In this document: in pieces, positions 63,475 through 64,000 of the stretch
How positions within the stretch are numbered: position 1 is the stretch's first letter
Layout: every line of letters begins with the position of its first letter
DNA from: Chlorokybus atmophyticus
Taxonomy: Eukaryota > Plantae > Mesostigma and Chlorokybus algae
Assembly: GCA_009103225.1 (NCBI GenBank)
Contig: RHPI01002048.1
Coordinates: forward strand, 955,906-1,019,905
Length of the DNA stretch: 64,000 nt
Direction: 5' to 3'
Translations under genes and position numbers: made by a program
Notes under the pieces: generated by a model
What the model saw: only the letters and a program-made list of their open reading frames with translations
Database searches by the model: none
Told to the model about the DNA's origin: nothing

Positions 63475-64000
63475 AGCCATGCTATGCAGTGCCAGCACAG
63501 TGAGGCACCCGCATTCCGCCCTCATGCTTGCCCTGGTGCCGCACACTGCTGGTGTGCATGTCAATCACCTGTAGTTACAGCAAATGCGGCTAAACTGTGT
63601 TAAGTTTTGAGTTGGGCTCTTTCGAGACACTGATACCCGCTACCTGGTCTGATGCGCTGCTGTCTCTTGGCTAAAATGGCTTTACTTGATGCTTAGTCAG
63701 CGGAACCTTGGTTCATGTACATGCAACGTGTACAGGATTTTTCGCTGTATATATACAATGTGGCGTATGTATGTGCATGCAAAGAACATGCAAGTGTTGG
63801 CAACATACAATGTATCTATCTACATATGCGTCCGCAATCTATCCATGAGCTCCAGGTCACAAGCTTCTATTGTGAAAGAAACAGAAAAACAATCGACCAT
63901 GCAGGAGTTGGTGCCATTGTCCATGTGTTCTAGCCCTGAACAACAGGCTTACTCAACTTGTGCAGTGGCACTTCTGCGCATTGTAAAGCACGCATGCCAA

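Overview
Eukaryotic, intron-rich, gene-dense DNA. Plastid genes (HCF173, YchF, AtpI-like), plant-type housekeeping genes and three flagellar genes suggest a flagellate green alga, possibly an early-diverging streptophyte; this is inference. I spliced 16 protein-coding genes by eye, so internal boundaries are approximate: UBX protein (3'-partial), AXDND1-like/EF-hand protein, HCF173, a TPR + metallo-beta-lactamase fusion, a secreted GH110-like beta-helix protein, a small HECT E3 ligase, TCTEX1D2, a DUF819 membrane protein, SKIP, proteasome beta-4 (PBD), DRC5, ornithine aminotransferase, YchF, an AtpI/CGL160-like protein, PPCS and ELP2. Twelve of them form six head-to-head pairs. The centre (26147-32321) is a decayed Ty3/Gypsy chromovirus with both LTRs and a TAATG target-site duplication. 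Its PBS-gag-protease block is inverted relative to pol and the PPT, with a ~130-bp inverted duplication at the junctions. The multi-base differences between its LTRs look like template switches that perfect hairpins, and it carries an unexplained domain between gag and protease. Other leads: the TPR-MBL fusion, the bacterial-type glycosidase, an Sfi1 (centrin-binding) consensus motif in the HECT ligase, and several GC-AG introns. No database search was possible, so family calls rest on recognised motifs.
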